Source of the DNA: Chlorokybus atmophyticus
Taxonomy: Eukaryota > Plantae > Mesostigma and Chlorokybus algae
Length of the DNA: 64,000 nucleotides
Direction: 5' to 3'
NCBI GenBank assembly: GCA_009103225.1
Contig: RHPI01002368.1
Coordinates: 525,397-589,396, forward strand
Shown here: piece after piece, positions 24,556 through 37,740 of the stretch
Layout of the letters: each line of letters opens with the position of its first letter
Numbering within the stretch: the stretch's first letter is position 1
Notes under the pieces: model-generated
Told to the model about the DNA's origin: nothing
Seen by the model: only the letters and a program-made list of their open reading frames with translations
The model's database searches: none
Program-made: the position numbers and the translations under genes

Positions 24556-25199
24556 GGGGATGTATTAATGCTAGTACAGCACATACACGCGCATGTGTTA
24601 AGTGTATACACGTGTGTACATGTTTTCGTTGGTATTCTGTGTGTACGCGCATGCATGTGCATGCATTGCTATGTAAAACCTACATTGTGTCAACGTCACT
24701 GTCTCAACCCACCCAGCTGAAAATGACGTTCCACAGCAGCCCACCGGGTTGATTCAGAGCTGGCAGCCCTGAACCAATGTGCATAACTTACAGCAGGCCT
24801 TGAAGGCGGCCGTGCGCAATGTTTAACGGGTTGCAGGGATGGCGCATATCCACTGACTAAGGGCATGCAGCTTCATCCTCATCCACTCACAATAAGTTGG
24901 GCTGCATGTGTGACTGTGTGCACAATCCTGTTTCAACTGCACTTGCGCACGCACATGCGCACCCACTGGCTGTGGCACACGCATGGGCGTGCATACACTC
25001 ACCCAGACACGCGCTTACATGTGATTGCACTCGCACTGGCACGCGCGCACGCACATGCGCGCAATTTCAGCTGAGCGCTCATGCTGTGGAGTTCGTACGA
25101 CAGAACAGTACAAGCTACGGTCTGTTGTTTGCTCACACGAACAGTGATATGCATTGTTTCGACACATTTCGCATGCTCCGTCTGAGCACGCTCAACAGC

Positions 25200-27650
25200 G
25201 CTGTCGGTGAGTTTGGTGAAGGTTGATCTCAATGGTTGTTCACCCGGGGTGAACAACCATTCAGACCTGTGTCCGCAAGCAGGTTGTGAGTACTTTTGTA
25301 ACGATGCATCCACACTGGGGCCACGCGCGTGTGTACAACTGCACCAACGTCACGCACAACTCCACGTGTACATCATCAGGGATCCCTGCAGATATCGTCC
25401 TCACCATGGCTGTCAAGATGTTTCGAGTAGTGTGGAGTTGCTTGTCACAGCGGGGGAAGCACAACTGAACGGACTCTCTAACACATGTACTTTACAGGTA
25501 CGGAATTGATCACCACACGGGTGCGGGTGTGACAGATACACACTGGCATGCGCGTATGCACGTAACGCACACACATGCACACGCGTGTGCCTGTTTGTGT
25601 AGAATTGTACGCACGCACGCAAGCACTTGAAGTGAAGGGGGAGACATGTGACATGCTACCTCACTTCACGGTATTCTGTCATACTCGACTTCGCCAAATA
25701 CGCCTCCACAGGCACACATACTGACTGCTATATGTATATGTGTATCTGTGAATGTGTGTCTCCAAGCTAGGGCAGATCTTGTAAGCTTGCATGAGCAGGG
25801 CGTGCGTGTGTCGTGAAAAATGCAACTTCGAGAAATATGCGGCTATGCAGAAAGATGTCTTCATAAATCTGCGCGATAACGCGCTCAATGTTCCGGGCCA
25901 CTTTGGTTCCCGCTTCCAAGACTGCAATGAGATCAAGTGAGTGCAGGTAGTGCAATGGAGTTTGTGTGTATGTGTACATATACACGTACATGTATGTGAG
26001 TGCATGTGCGTGCATGCGAGCGTGCATTTGTTTACATGGATGTGTGTATATGTGTGCATGTGGAGGCCTGCGCGTTCGTGCGGTGAGTATTGATGCTGGT
26101 GACAACGACAAGTTGAATGCAGTACTCAGCATCCGTGATGAATTGCCAAGCTCCCAGGCCTTCTACTGCAACTTTACATGCGTGTTCAACTGCGGCTGGC
26201 TTGCTCCCGTCACTGATGCACAGCACAAGTACACGGCACAACCACAGTAACACTCTCCACCACGATATCACACACACGGACGCGCGCATGTTCGTGCGCC
26301 ACACATTCACTTGCACACTGATGACAATATGTGCGTGTGCGTCTGCGTCTGCGCCTGCCGTCCTGCGTGTGCGTGTGTATATATCACACAGTGTCTTACA
26401 ACACTCAGCATTCTCGGAGTGAATGCGTGTGTCCCCTTGTTGGCTCTCGTCTACAACTGCACTCTTGCCTGTGGTGACCTTCACCACTTCTGGGACATGT
26501 TCGTTTACTCACCTCTTAAACTCACACTACTCCCCGTTGCGTGGGTTCGCGCGCATGTTGAACAAGATCGAGCACGCCGTTGTGAGGGTGAAAGTGAAGG
26601 ACAGAGCCAAACGTCACGCATTCTTCGTCACACCGGAGAGTGGAGAGGTAGATAACACACATGGAGTAGTAGCCCGTCGATCTTGCTATGTCGGTTGGTT
26701 GCCAGGAGGGGCAATAGCCACAAGTGAGTCAACCTCTCACCTGCATGCTACGCAGGTGAAAGCGACGCAGAGTGGTGTATGGTGGGGAGTTGTATGCTCG
26801 CGAGGGACACGAGCAGCGATGCTTGCATGGTGTATGTATGTATCTGTGACTTGCTGCATTCCGCGTGCGCGCATACCCGTGCGCGCGTGCGTATGTGTAT
26901 TGACATCAGTCAAGGTTGTGTGTGTGCGTGTGCGCGTGTGTGTGCACGTGTGTGCCGACCACATGTACCCCCACAGCAGTAAATTGATGGGGTCTTGCAT
27001 GCGCCTTCCTCGGCATCATCCTCGCCCTCCGTCATCCTTCTTATCCTCTTGAGCTTCCCGTACAAGCCCATCAAGGAGGACTAGCACGCATTTCTACCTT
27101 TTAAATGGGTTCAGGGCACGATCTACGCCCCGTCGCCATGTTGGCATGTGCATGTCCCGTCCCTGTGTGGCATGCTGGGCAGTCCAGTCCTCCTCTACGC
27201 GCACGGCGTTAAGCAGAGAAGAAACGACGATGGCCTGAAGGGTGTGGCAGCTTAAAAGGACGAGGAGATGGATGTGCAGGGCACGGCCTAGCGGCGCTTG
27301 GTGGGGTAAAGAGCCGCACTCCGGGGGAGTGTTTTATGCAGGGAGGCCCCCCGACCTCAATGGTAAGCCCCTCGTCGTGTGTAGGCGTGCATGCATGTGT
27401 AGGCCCTACACGGTGTCCTAGCTGTAGACTCCATAGTGGCATGGTCCCGCCGTGTCTGCTCATATTGGCTTTATTGCATATAGGCACGCACACGCACACT
27501 ATAGCAACCAACTCGGCCATGGTAGCAAAGTTGCTACCATGAGGCGAGGCGTCACGGTTGTATGAACTATCATTACGCGCGGCGTGACACACCTGCGCAC
27601 ATATATGGGTCAACAACACGGAGGGTTCATAAGAAAATAGTAACTGAAAC
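25200..27650 (+). pseudogene. FRO: Ferric reductase oxidase 3-prime-half remnant, copy A
   Basis: Exon remnants LALVYNCTLACGDLHHFWDM, KRHAFFVTPESGE, SESTSHL, AFLGII..FPYKPIKED..VQGTIYA and the PDL exon (27340-27362). All are homologous to the minus-strand FRO exons at 30.1-31.0 kb. Confidence 0.65.
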
Positions 27651-28430
27651 TCAGGTGTTGCAACCTGCTGAGCATGTGATGACTCTTGCAATTGTGCAAC
27701 CACTATCAACATTGGTAAATGTTTAAGTGACAGAATGAAAGGTGTGTGTTTGCGTTCATTTAAACTGGTTGGCTTCGCGCACCGAGTACTGCACGTGACT
27801 CATGTGGGAGCCTGTTGCGATTGAGAAACAACGCCAGGAAACGTGCGTCCAAGAGGCGTGCAAACTTGAATGATGTAGCGGTTGCGGCTGGCACTGGCAT
27901 GGACGGTGCAATCAATCAGCCACAAAACGTACAATATTTATCCGTATAATGCCTCAGTTTCAATATGTTGCCCCCCAAGAATAATTGATGAGTAGCTATA
28001 TTCATGACGAAAAGGCTTCAGTAGCGGGGGAATTGTATCATATAATGATTACCCTTATCGACCATATCTAAGAACATTTAATATTGCGCCTTGCCCGTAA
28101 TTTAAATGCAACTTATGATAATCCACATGAAATGTAACATAAGTGTAAGTTATCGTAATTTATATGAACGCTCACACTAGTGGGGCACTGTATGCGAAAG
28201 GGGGCACAGCACTGCCTAATAATGTGCCCCTCTAATAAATACGGGGGCGAAACTTTATGATAGAAGGTTTGGGAGGGGAATGAATGTGTAAATTCGGTAG
28301 CACCCCTAGACCACTGCGTAGGTTCAACGTATCACCAGGCGTCTATCTACCGTAGTGGCCCTTGTATTACTTATTGTTGCAATAATATGTCGGCAAGCTG
28401 ACGATTACGCCGCGTCCCAGCAGCAGCAGT

Positions 28431-28480
28431 CCAGGTGATTGCTATGCTTCATGAGTCATACGCGGCCGCGCCCTGCAGCA
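28431..28480 (+). promoter_or_regulatory. Conserved block upstream of each RING-CH gene
   Basis: CCAGGTG.TTGCTAAGCT.CAGTT..(T/C)GAGTCATACG.GGCC recurs at 28431, 41232, 46988 and inverted at 57275-57329. Each lies about 220-410 bp upstream of the ATG. Confidence 0.5.
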
Positions 28481-28698
28481 GCACTAACCTCAATTACTAG
28501 CCTGACTGTGGCTGGTGCCGCAAGCAAGCAAACCGCCCAGGCGTTCTGGCAACAAAACAATTAGCTTGCTGCAACAACAAGCGCAGCGGTCTCGTGGAGG
28601 GAGGCGACGGAGACGGCGGTGTTGGTGTCGGTGTTAGTGGCGTGGTGCGCCTTGGTGTGAGGGGCGGCCGTGCCTTTTGCGAAACGCTGTTGTGGTTG

Positions 28699-29866
28699 AT
28701 GATGCTGAACACCATGTCCAAACTGGATGATGGCTTTGAGGGAGAGCCAGTCTGCCGCATATGCCAGGTAGGATGCTGCATGCAGGACACGCAAGAGGCT
28801 GACAGACGGCTGCAGCATGGCGGACATGTCGTACTACAACAGCTGTACTAGTACTGTGTGCTGACTCACAGAGTTGTGTGTGCAGTTGGGCAAGTCTGTT
28901 TGGGAGCTGGTGTCCCTCGGTTGCGTATGTAACGGAGATTTGGGGTTGGTTCATGCACAGTGTGCACAAGCAAGGTTTGGAGCTGTCAAGAAGTCGAAGC
29001 AGTGCGAGCTATGCAACAAAGGAATAAGCAAGGAATTGCTGGTAAGACAATGACAGTTACAGCGTAATGTATAGGCTATTGACATTGTATCTGTGTGCCC
29101 AGCCCACAGATGGGCATCAAGTAGTGATGCAAGTGGATGAAAGAGGTGTCGTCTGCACGCATGTTGTTGTGAAAGAAGCTACCCTTCCGCAACCAGTCAG
29201 GTAGTGAAGATTTACTTCGTGTGTACTCCATGGACACGGCTCGTGATCAGTAACAATGGCCTTTTTGCCCTGCAGGGAAGTTCTCATGATCAATATCGAT
29301 TCAGGGTCCGATCACAGCAGTCTCAGACTACCTCCTTGGCATAGGACCGTCCTACATATATCGCAACACGTGACGTGCTGCGATATGGTCCTGGTTGTTA
29401 TCGCTCTGGCCACCTTCAGTATTTGTTTGTTCGCGGTAAGTACACATTGTTTTGAACAACATGTAAATATATAGACGCACCGCTGATCTTCTCAATGCTT
29501 TTGTGTATGTACAGGTGATACCCGTGCCACTGGGACCCCTTCTTCCACTTGCATTTCTGTTGGGTATTGAGTACGCACTCTTTATGTTGTTGCAATGGCA
29601 TCACATTTACAATCGCATCTCTCGTCCTTGTTAAGTATACGATGCCCAGCTGGCTCTTATGCGTTTCGCTGAGACATTCTGTCAATGTGTGTTGGTGTGC
29701 AGCTGTCATTGCGATCTATGCAGGGTGGAGGACAGATGCTGCTCTTGGTGCAACCACAAACAACATGACAACCACTTCATGGCTGGAGCAAAAGGGGAGC
29801 AGTGGGGAAGCGCCAGCATCATCATCGAATCCAAACTTGAGCAATGTTGATGCATTGCCGGTCTGA
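28699..29866 (+). CDS. RING-CH (MARCH-type) E3 ubiquitin ligase with two TM helices, copy 1, six exons, apparently intact
   Basis: Manual splice at GT-AG sites gives MMLNTMSKLDDGFEGEPVCRICQ|LGKSVWELVSLGCVCNGDLGLVHAQCAQARFGAVKKSKQCELC...|PTDGHQVV..|..DMVLVVIALATFSICLFA|VIPVPLGPLLPLAFLL|AVIAIYAG..DALPV*. C4HC3 pattern; the conserved W is replaced by R. The start could be 28714. Confidence 0.8.
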
Positions 29867-30159
29867 GTGGCTGTGCCATAGCTTGCATGGTGTATCAATG
29901 ACCGTGTTGTGGTGGCACATGTATCTTTGTGTGATACATTTATTTCAACAACGTGCTGCTATGTACAAGCATCCTGAGTAAATCCATTGTATTGTCAATG
30001 CGGTTCAGGGATATCCCAGGAACATCTGCGTGTGCACAACAAAACATTGTCAAGAGAATGAGTCTCTGACCATACCGCTTGCTTGGTGTAAACGAGGGAA
30101 ATCAATAATTACATCCAGTCCTCGTATGCGCCCCTCGAGACACACATACACAATGACAC

Positions 30160-32390
30160 ATTCCATCCCCTTCACATGTTGAAGCTTGCGTGGTTGAAGT
30201 ACACCGCCACGTTGTCCAGCCCGCTCGACACCATCGTCAGAGAGCGCTTGCGGGGAGAGGAGGAGGAGGTGTTCAACAAGTTGTTGTCGGTGATGTTCGT
30301 CATGCGGACGTCCTTGGCGAGGGGGGAGTCGAGGTCCGTCGCCAAAACATCCTTCAAGAATGAGAACTTTGTGTGCGTGTGCGTGTGCGTACATGCGTGC
30401 GTGCGTGCCTGCATGTGTGCACGTGTGCGCGTACGTGTGCATCTGCATGCGCACGCATGTGTGCATGCCTGTGCATGCAGCGATGACAGCAGACACAGTG
30501 GGACCGTGTCAAAGACACAGATGCATGCACGCATACACGCTTCGTTGTCACCATCGAGGTCGGGCCTCCTTGCCTCCACCAACCCTTCTACCCTCATCCA
30601 TCTCGTCTTCCTCCTCATCAAGCTCCACACCCTTCTTCTTGTTCAACAAGTTGTTCTCGCGGCCGTGCGTGTAGAGGAGGAGTGCCCTTCCAACAAGCAC
30701 CAGGGTCCCGCCAACATGGCGAGGGCGTAGATGGTGCCCTGGACCCCAGGGTAGAAACGCTTCTCATCCTCGGTGTGCTCGTATGGGTAGTTGATCAAAC
30801 GGACGAAGAGGGTGAGAATGCCAAGCAAGGCGACGTAACTCTCTATCAAGGCAACTGTTGGGATGAGACAAATGGTGAGAACACACGCACGACATATGGT
30901 GCAACACACGCACGCACGCACACACACACACACACACACACACAGTGTGTCAGTTACTTGCGTAGGGAGCAGGTGAGAGGTTGACTCGCTGCGCACGCTC
31001 GCGGTAAGGCGTCCTCAAGAATGCACTCACTTTACCAATATTGATAGCAAATTCCACACAGGCACACTGTCATGATCCTCTCCACTCTCTCTTGTACCAA
31101 ATATGTGGGCTTTGGCTCTGATACCGTATGTTCGCTTTGAGTCTCATACACATCGCAGCGTTCGCATGATTGTACACGTGTGTGGGAGTGAGTGGGAGAA
31201 GTGAGCAAACTAACATGCAGCAGTGTTTGTTGAATTACCACAGACGGCAGTGCAGTAGTAGCCAGACGGAGCAACAGGCAAAGAAGCACACGCACGCACA
31301 GACAGATGGACAGATACACACACGCACGCACGCACGCACAAACAGACACGCGCACATGTGCATACACACGCACGGACCCACACACGCACACGCAGCAGTT
31401 CTTGCCTGGACTAGGAGCTGATATCATCCAGGCCGTATAGGCCAGCGACGCGTACGCAGATATCTCTCCCTTTGGCGTCTGCTGCAGGCCAAGAGTGTGA
31501 GAGTGTTGGCTTGACTCCCACTCTTCACGTCACTCACAGTAAATGTGAGTGACTGCATCTACGATATCGCTGGGACGCAGTTATCTACAACCTGGAGCGG
31601 GCGATATCGCACTCGCACTTCCGGATCGATCACCAGCTGGGTGATATCCGCCCCTGACTGCGAAGTCCGCGCAGACACTATCTCCTTGGATTGCAGATAT
31701 TGGATGATATCTACAATAGGGGGGAAAGGTTGTAGTGCTGTGTGATGTTGTGGAACGAATCACCCTCTCTGATCCAGAGCCCAAAAACCAAAGGTGTGGA
31801 TGGTCGTGAGCCAGAAGAACACGATTTTCAGCCACCTGCAAAAACACACAGTACAGTACAATTCAGCGCAGGGATTGGTCTTGCATTGAATAGGAGCATA
31901 TTGTGCATGTGAGCGTGTGTGCACATGCCCGAGCATGCGCGCGCGCATGGAGGAACCGCGCGCGAGGGGGACGAAGAAGAAGGTGAGTGTGTAAGGGCAG
32001 GCAGAGAGTCCGAAGTAGATCAACATCCTCTCCCACATGTAGTCCACCCTAGAACCTGCCCTCTCCTTCTGCTTGTCGTCGTAGGCCTAGTACCTCTGAG
32101 CGCTCTTGACATCTTGACAGATGGGATAGTAGACCACGAAACACCTAGGGAGGAGGAACACGAGGACCATCTCAGCCATGGCCACGAGGCCAAGCATGGG
32201 CACCTTGATGTGGTGTTGCTCTCACCGTGTTTGTCAATTAGGGTGGAGTCTAAGGCATCAGATATCTTGCCTCGTTTGGCTCTGTACCAGTTGGGGGGAC
32301 GAGCTCAGATGGAGAAGAAGATCTCCCGCATGGAGTTGGCTGCAAACGGTGCCCACAGCAACGCCCTCAGCCACGGCATGTCCATCGCCG
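30160..32390 (-). pseudogene. FRO: Ferric reductase oxidase pseudogene, copy B, most complete
   Basis: Exons in FRO order: PMLGLVAMAEMVLVF; FFFVPLARGSS (plant FRO FLFFPVARGSS); WLKIVFFWLTTIH; QYLQSKEIVSA..VPAIS*MQ; VRVAGLYG (VEGPYG); LLGILTLFVRLINYPYEH; RRPDLDG; MVSSGLDNVAVYFNHASFNM*. In-frame stops and missing central exons. Confidence 0.85.
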
Positions 32391-33461
32391 CCTGTGCATG
32401 TGAACCGCAAAAGTATTTGCAGTGACAGGGGACTGGGTATCATCGCATCAACGGGCGACTCTTTCAGTGCTATCCACGGTGAGAAATCCAACCAGATGAC
32501 TCATTGAGTTGTTGATCAAGGCCTTACCATGCTGCTGCAGGTCGTGTGCTCTGGCTTGATAGGGCTCAGGTGGTTCAGCAGTCTCTCTCTCCATCAGCTG
32601 TGGGCTGTCGTCCTCCAACCACCGGTAGGTCCGAAGCTTTGTTTTGCCCTGCCCTGCCCTGCCCAGCGCACTAAAGCAGTCAAGTGGTGTGATTTCTGCA
32701 AGCATGCCGCATGGTGCACTCAATGCAGTGAGTGCGGTCCTGTCCTCATGCATGCAGCAGCGGCTTGCTGCAAGCATGCCAGGCATTGCATGGCAAGCTG
32801 GCAGTCGTTGACAGCGTGTGGCTGGCTGATGCATGCAACGGCATCATCATCATCTTCTGTACAAAGCTGCGCAGCAAGTACCAACTACCGTCACCCCAGC
32901 CAAATACCGCTTATAAGCTACTTGGGCCACACATCATAACACAGTGGGCAGCGTACTTTTTACGTTGCCCACTGTGTCAGCGTATGTTGTACGCTATCAG
33001 CTTGAGGTGTGGATGGATTGCTGTGGTTAAAAGCAGCATTGGTAGCGATGCTACCGTAACAGCCTGCCGTATCATAGTGGTATGGAGGAGTGTTTCTTGC
33101 AAGTCGACCTAGGGCAATCATACCTCTCTATCAATCTCACAGACACCGCACACCTAAAGTTATACCTCAAGTCCCGAAGCCAGTCTTGCAATGCCTGCAC
33201 TAAACCAAGACAGACTTCTGTGCTGAAGTGTCTGAGGCACAAGACCAACAGGTCACGTTACATGCAGTGCACGCGCTGCACCAGGCCTTATAGTCTATAA
33301 GTCATAGTCATTGACAGGTTTGCGCTTGGACCAACCGCGTAGTGCGGTCACCACATCATGTGTTGGTTGATTACAGAAAATCTGTCGTGATTGTTCAAGG
33401 GGTTGACGTCACAATTGGCTCTTCGTCCTGATGCCCGTCTGCAATTGCAGTCAAGCAGCTT

Positions 33462-33493
33462 GTTGCTTCCCAGCAAGCTTGCTGGGAAGCAAC
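33462..33493. repeat. Perfect 32-bp palindrome
   Basis: gttgcttcccagcaagcttgctgggaagcaac equals its own reverse complement. Confidence 0.95.
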
Positions 33494-34179
33494 TTGTAAT
33501 TACAAGTTATAAGTTGCTCCTTATAGCAACATCATGTTCAACAGTGTAAGTTGCTCCTCATAAGTTGCAATTGCGCTTCACTGCTTAGCAGCGATCTGGT
33601 TAGATATTATGCTGCTATACTTTTCTGGGCAAGAAAGGCTTGACATGGTACCAAACATCAACATATTTGCACATATATTGTCATGTTATGATGCGTACTC
33701 ATAGCCGTTTGTTGCACGCACGCTTGACAGCACGTGCTGTTTCACAGACGTGTGCATGTGTTGTTTATGTATGTGCGTGTGCGCAGACAGAGGCTGCAGA
33801 TTGATGCAAAGCACAAGGCTCACGCTATGCGGTGGTTGCTTGTACATAGCAGCATTGTGTGTATTGCAGCATGATTATGCATGCGTGTGCGTGTGTGTGT
33901 TGGTCATTGAAGATGAACAGTCCGAACACGTTAAGATGTTGCTGAAGCACGACAAGCAAGGGGGGGGCTTGCAACGCTGCGTTTGAAGTCGTCTTGCACA
34001 CGAAACTCAAGCAGATACATAAAAATACTGACTGTGCTATAGAACACACCACACACATCTTGCCACAAGGTGTTTACAAAAGAAAGAGAATACACGCCAA
34101 CAAGGAGCGGCTATTGTGGTTTGCACGCTCACGCTACCTAGACCAAATCACTGCCATCAAAACGGTTTACTCACCCACA

Positions 34180-35170
34180 TCATTTGGGCGGCACCACTGG
34201 CACCACAACAATGGTCATGGCTGGGCGCACGTCCTCCTCATCTCCGTTGCATCTGCTGGCGAGCTTGGCCACTTCTTACGCTTGCGAGACGCTCACACTC
34301 ACCAGCCTCGAACAGGTAGGGATCAAGCACACCTCTCTGAACGCCTCCATTCCTTCCGCCACCTTGGCTGCTACCTGCAACACAACAACATGGGATCGAC
34401 AACGCATCCAACAGAGGTAAAGAGGTTTACAAACAATCATGATCAAGTGGAAGATACACCTCACGAGCACGAGCCCAAAGTCCGTCACCTGTTGTTGGTT
34501 GACTGTTGGTCACACCTGCAGGCACACATGGCTACACCAACGACAGCCAACCAAGCTTAAGCATCACACCACACCTTAGCATCAGGAGTGCTGGTCAGAA
34601 GTATGTTTGTCGGCTTGATGTCCCTATCAACGAGTGGTTTGGGCAGATGATGCAGGTAATGCAAGCCTCTAGCAGCGTGCCCAACGCATAGCGTGAAGCG
34701 CAGCATCAACGGGAACATGTGCCCTGCATCAGCATGTGCCACATGAGTTAGCGTCCTCAGAAAGAGGCTCTTCCAGTGTAGTACTTGTGTTCAACTTGAA
34801 TGGAGGCCAAGACACAAGAAGCAACAATAGCACCAGCTCGACTAACAAGTGTTTGCTTCTGGTGACAAGAGGGTGCTTGGTGATGAAGGGAGGGAGCGAA
34901 GGAGGGGGAGAGAGACATACCTCGGTCATGAATGTGTACAGCCAAGGAGGAGTCTGAAGGAGCTCTAAGACCAGCATGAACTGGTTTGGCTCCGCGCAGT
35001 ATCCAAACATGTTGACCAGGTTGGGATGCTTCACCCTGGCCAACATGGCGACCTCTGTGGCTAGCTCCTTGCTCGAAACTGCCGCTGACATCTCCATCCT
35101 CTTCACAGCCACCCAAGTACCATTGCGCAAGACTCCTCTGTTTTGAGGAGCAACACCCATCAACACTGGC
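34180..35170 (-). pseudogene. RLK/Pelle (receptor-like cytoplasmic) protein kinase pseudogene
   Basis: GVLRNGTWVAVKRM..ELATEVAMLARVKHPNLVNMFGYC, AARGLHYLH..PLVDRDIKPTNILL (HRD changed to DRD), VTDFGL, EVAKLASRC..RPAMTIVV. The Gly loop is degenerate, subdomains VIII-X appear missing, and there are frameshifts. Confidence 0.85.
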
Positions 35171-35292
35171 CCCAACATCAGAACTTGCACCATGCAAATG
35201 TGGTTCTATCACTTGTAGACGCTTCCAATAGGCCCCTCCCCTATACGGTGCAAAGCGCTGAACCACTCCGTGGCTTCGCGAAGTTCTTGAAA

Positions 35293-35384
35293 AGCGTGTT
35301 GTTTGCAAACGGCTGGCACGCTAAATGATGAACTGGTAAGCGTGTTGTTTGCAAACGGCTGGCACGCTAAATGATGAACTGGTA
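35293..35384. repeat. 46-bp perfect tandem duplication
   Basis: aagcgtgttgtttgcaaacggctggcacgctaaatgatgaactggt occurs twice in succession. Confidence 0.95.
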
Positions 35385-37049
35385 ACCTTTATGTCGACAC
35401 TGTCCGCGTCAACTTGAACAGGCATATTTACCCCTGAGAGGAAACCATGAGCTCTGCGCACTAGCTCACAGCTGTGAAGGCAGGTTTCGCTAATGCGTGC
35501 TCATGTGTTTGCAATGCAGTGTGTATGCATGCAGCAGACGAAACTCAATAAGCAAGGTTTGCTTATTAATACAGCTGCGGGGCTGATGCGCGAACGCTAG
35601 TGCATCGCCAGTTCACCTTGTTTAGGAAAATTGATGTCGTATGGTCTGTTGTTTCCCACATCTGTCGTCGACGGGGCAGACAGAAGCTGATCCTTGCGTT
35701 GACGACGTGGCTTCCCACAAAGAAGCAGAGTGCGGCAGCCAGTGCTTGCACGACAAGGCAGTGGACGACATGTGGACATGTGGTAGTCGTACTCCCCCCC
35801 CCCCNNNNNNNNNNNNNNNNNNNNNNNNNNNNNNNNNNNNNNNNNNNNNNNNNNNNNNNNNNNNNNNNNNNNNNNNNNNNNNNNNNNNNNNNNNNNNNNN
35901 NNNNNNNNNNNNNNNNNNNNNNNNNNNNNNNNNNNNNNNNNACCCCCACACACAAACCACCGCCACTCAACCCATTTTCCACATGGGTATGCCCACCTGC
36001 AGCGACTGGTGTCATGTCACTGGCTGTTGACAGCAAGCAGTCGGCACCATTCTCTACCATGGGAAAATGAACACAACCATAGCTTGGCAGTTGACAAACA
36101 CGTAAGAGCGAACATACTCCAACCAATAACGTATGAGATGACGAAGAAAGACGCTAGTGCCCCCCATTGCTGCTTGCATGTGGTGTGCTCATTGTCACGA
36201 GAGGTGGCCCTACACTGCAAACTGCCAAGTGGGGTTTAGACACGCTAACTATTGGACTTTGATGTCCAAGATGGATGAGCATGCTGCCCATGCGTGCCAT
36301 GCGTGGCACGCATGGGCAGCATGCTCATCCATAGCGGTGTCGACATCAAAGTCTATTTACAGGATATTTACGTCCCATAAATTAGTACACACATTTACTT
36401 TATAGCTGAAAAGTCGAGCATTTACGGGCAGCACGCATCCAAATATTAAACATCCAAAGATTAGACATCCAAGCTGGATATCCAATTATTGGACATGCAT
36501 GATCTGCACTGAGGGGTTCGTGCTTGTCCATAAATTAGACATTGTCATTTACTCTATGGTCATATATGAGGGTATTATGGATGTAATGTTCAAAACATAG
36601 TCACCAACATTTGGACAACCGTGTCCTACAAATGAACGTTAATGTACGATATATGGATTCATGTGTACTGAGAGTACCTGGCATCCGCACTCTGATAGGT
36701 GGACAAGCAGTGTGTGTTGGACAAACAGCACAAGGCCGTAGTATATACAGGGTGTACACTCAAGGACTACAGTCTACTGTACAACTCATGCTCACGATGG
36801 TGTCTGCCTTCGCGGGCGGCCTATTGTACCTAGCGCGCAGCCTCTCACATCGATGCGCGGCAGGTGCTTTACTCCACGCGCTCTACAAAATGGACCAAGG
36901 CCGTCAAGCACAGCAAATGACAACACACTGTATGATCGAAACCACAGCACAAGTCAAATGCACCTATGCATCACAGCACTTACCCAACAAGCTCTTGAGC
37001 CAAGGCACACGCTGCGGGAGTTCATTTGCAAACTCTACAAGCAGCATTA

Positions 37050-37740
37050 CCTTGCCCATCTTCGTTTGCACCTCAGCCGATGCGTCCTCAATCGTGTCCA
37101 CCTCAACAGCTATATACTCTGCAACCAAACAGCAATTTCGCGAACCTTATACAATGCCAAGTCAAGCATCTACATTGAACCAACCTTCTGCCAACTCCCA
37201 AAAATGCACAGTGCGCTGCTGGTTCTCTTTAGGCATCCGGCCGCGGGCCGCAGGCTTGGCGTCGTCGCGCCTCAGCAATAGGAGTGTCTCTGGTGGGTAG
37301 TTGCCTGAAGACTTTGTTGTTGCTGTCCTGTCAATCCTTCAGGTGCTGACGCCAACCTGCACACACATGTTAACCAGCCACTCAGTGACTTGACTGCGTG
37401 AAGTGACTAGACACAGATGTGTGTGGTCACTCAAAGTATGAATCACGCATAAGCTGCTGCATTTGAAACTTATACAGCCTTGTTATTAACCTTGTCATGT
37501 TGTCTCTTTGGAGGCCTGCTTTCTTGCGCCTGATCTCCGTTGCTTGCTTCGCCTTGGCCTCCTTCTCATGGATGAGCAGGAGAGTCTCTTGGGCCTCCGT
37601 GTCCTTGGCAGCCTTCTCCTTGGCTTCAGTCTCTTGAACCTCCTTCTCCTTGGCCTTCTGCTCCTTCAGCTTGGCACGACGGTCGCTCCTTGCGCGCCTT
37701 CTTCGCCTTCTTCTCTTTCTCCTTCAGCGCCTTCAACTCC
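37050..37740 (-). pseudogene. Unidentified decayed coding fragments with a Lys/Glu coiled coil
   Basis: AKLKEQKAKEKEVQETEAKEKAAKDTEAQETLLLIHEKEAKAKQATEIRRKK (37510-37680), then QRTVHFWELAEGWFNVDA*..IEDASAEVQTKMG ending at a GT donor near 37050. Confidence 0.35.

Noticed and set aside
31919-32425. 168-aa plus-strand ORF rich in E/H
   Set aside because: Antisense shadow of hydrophobic FRO exons; 30176-30730 is likewise a shadow.
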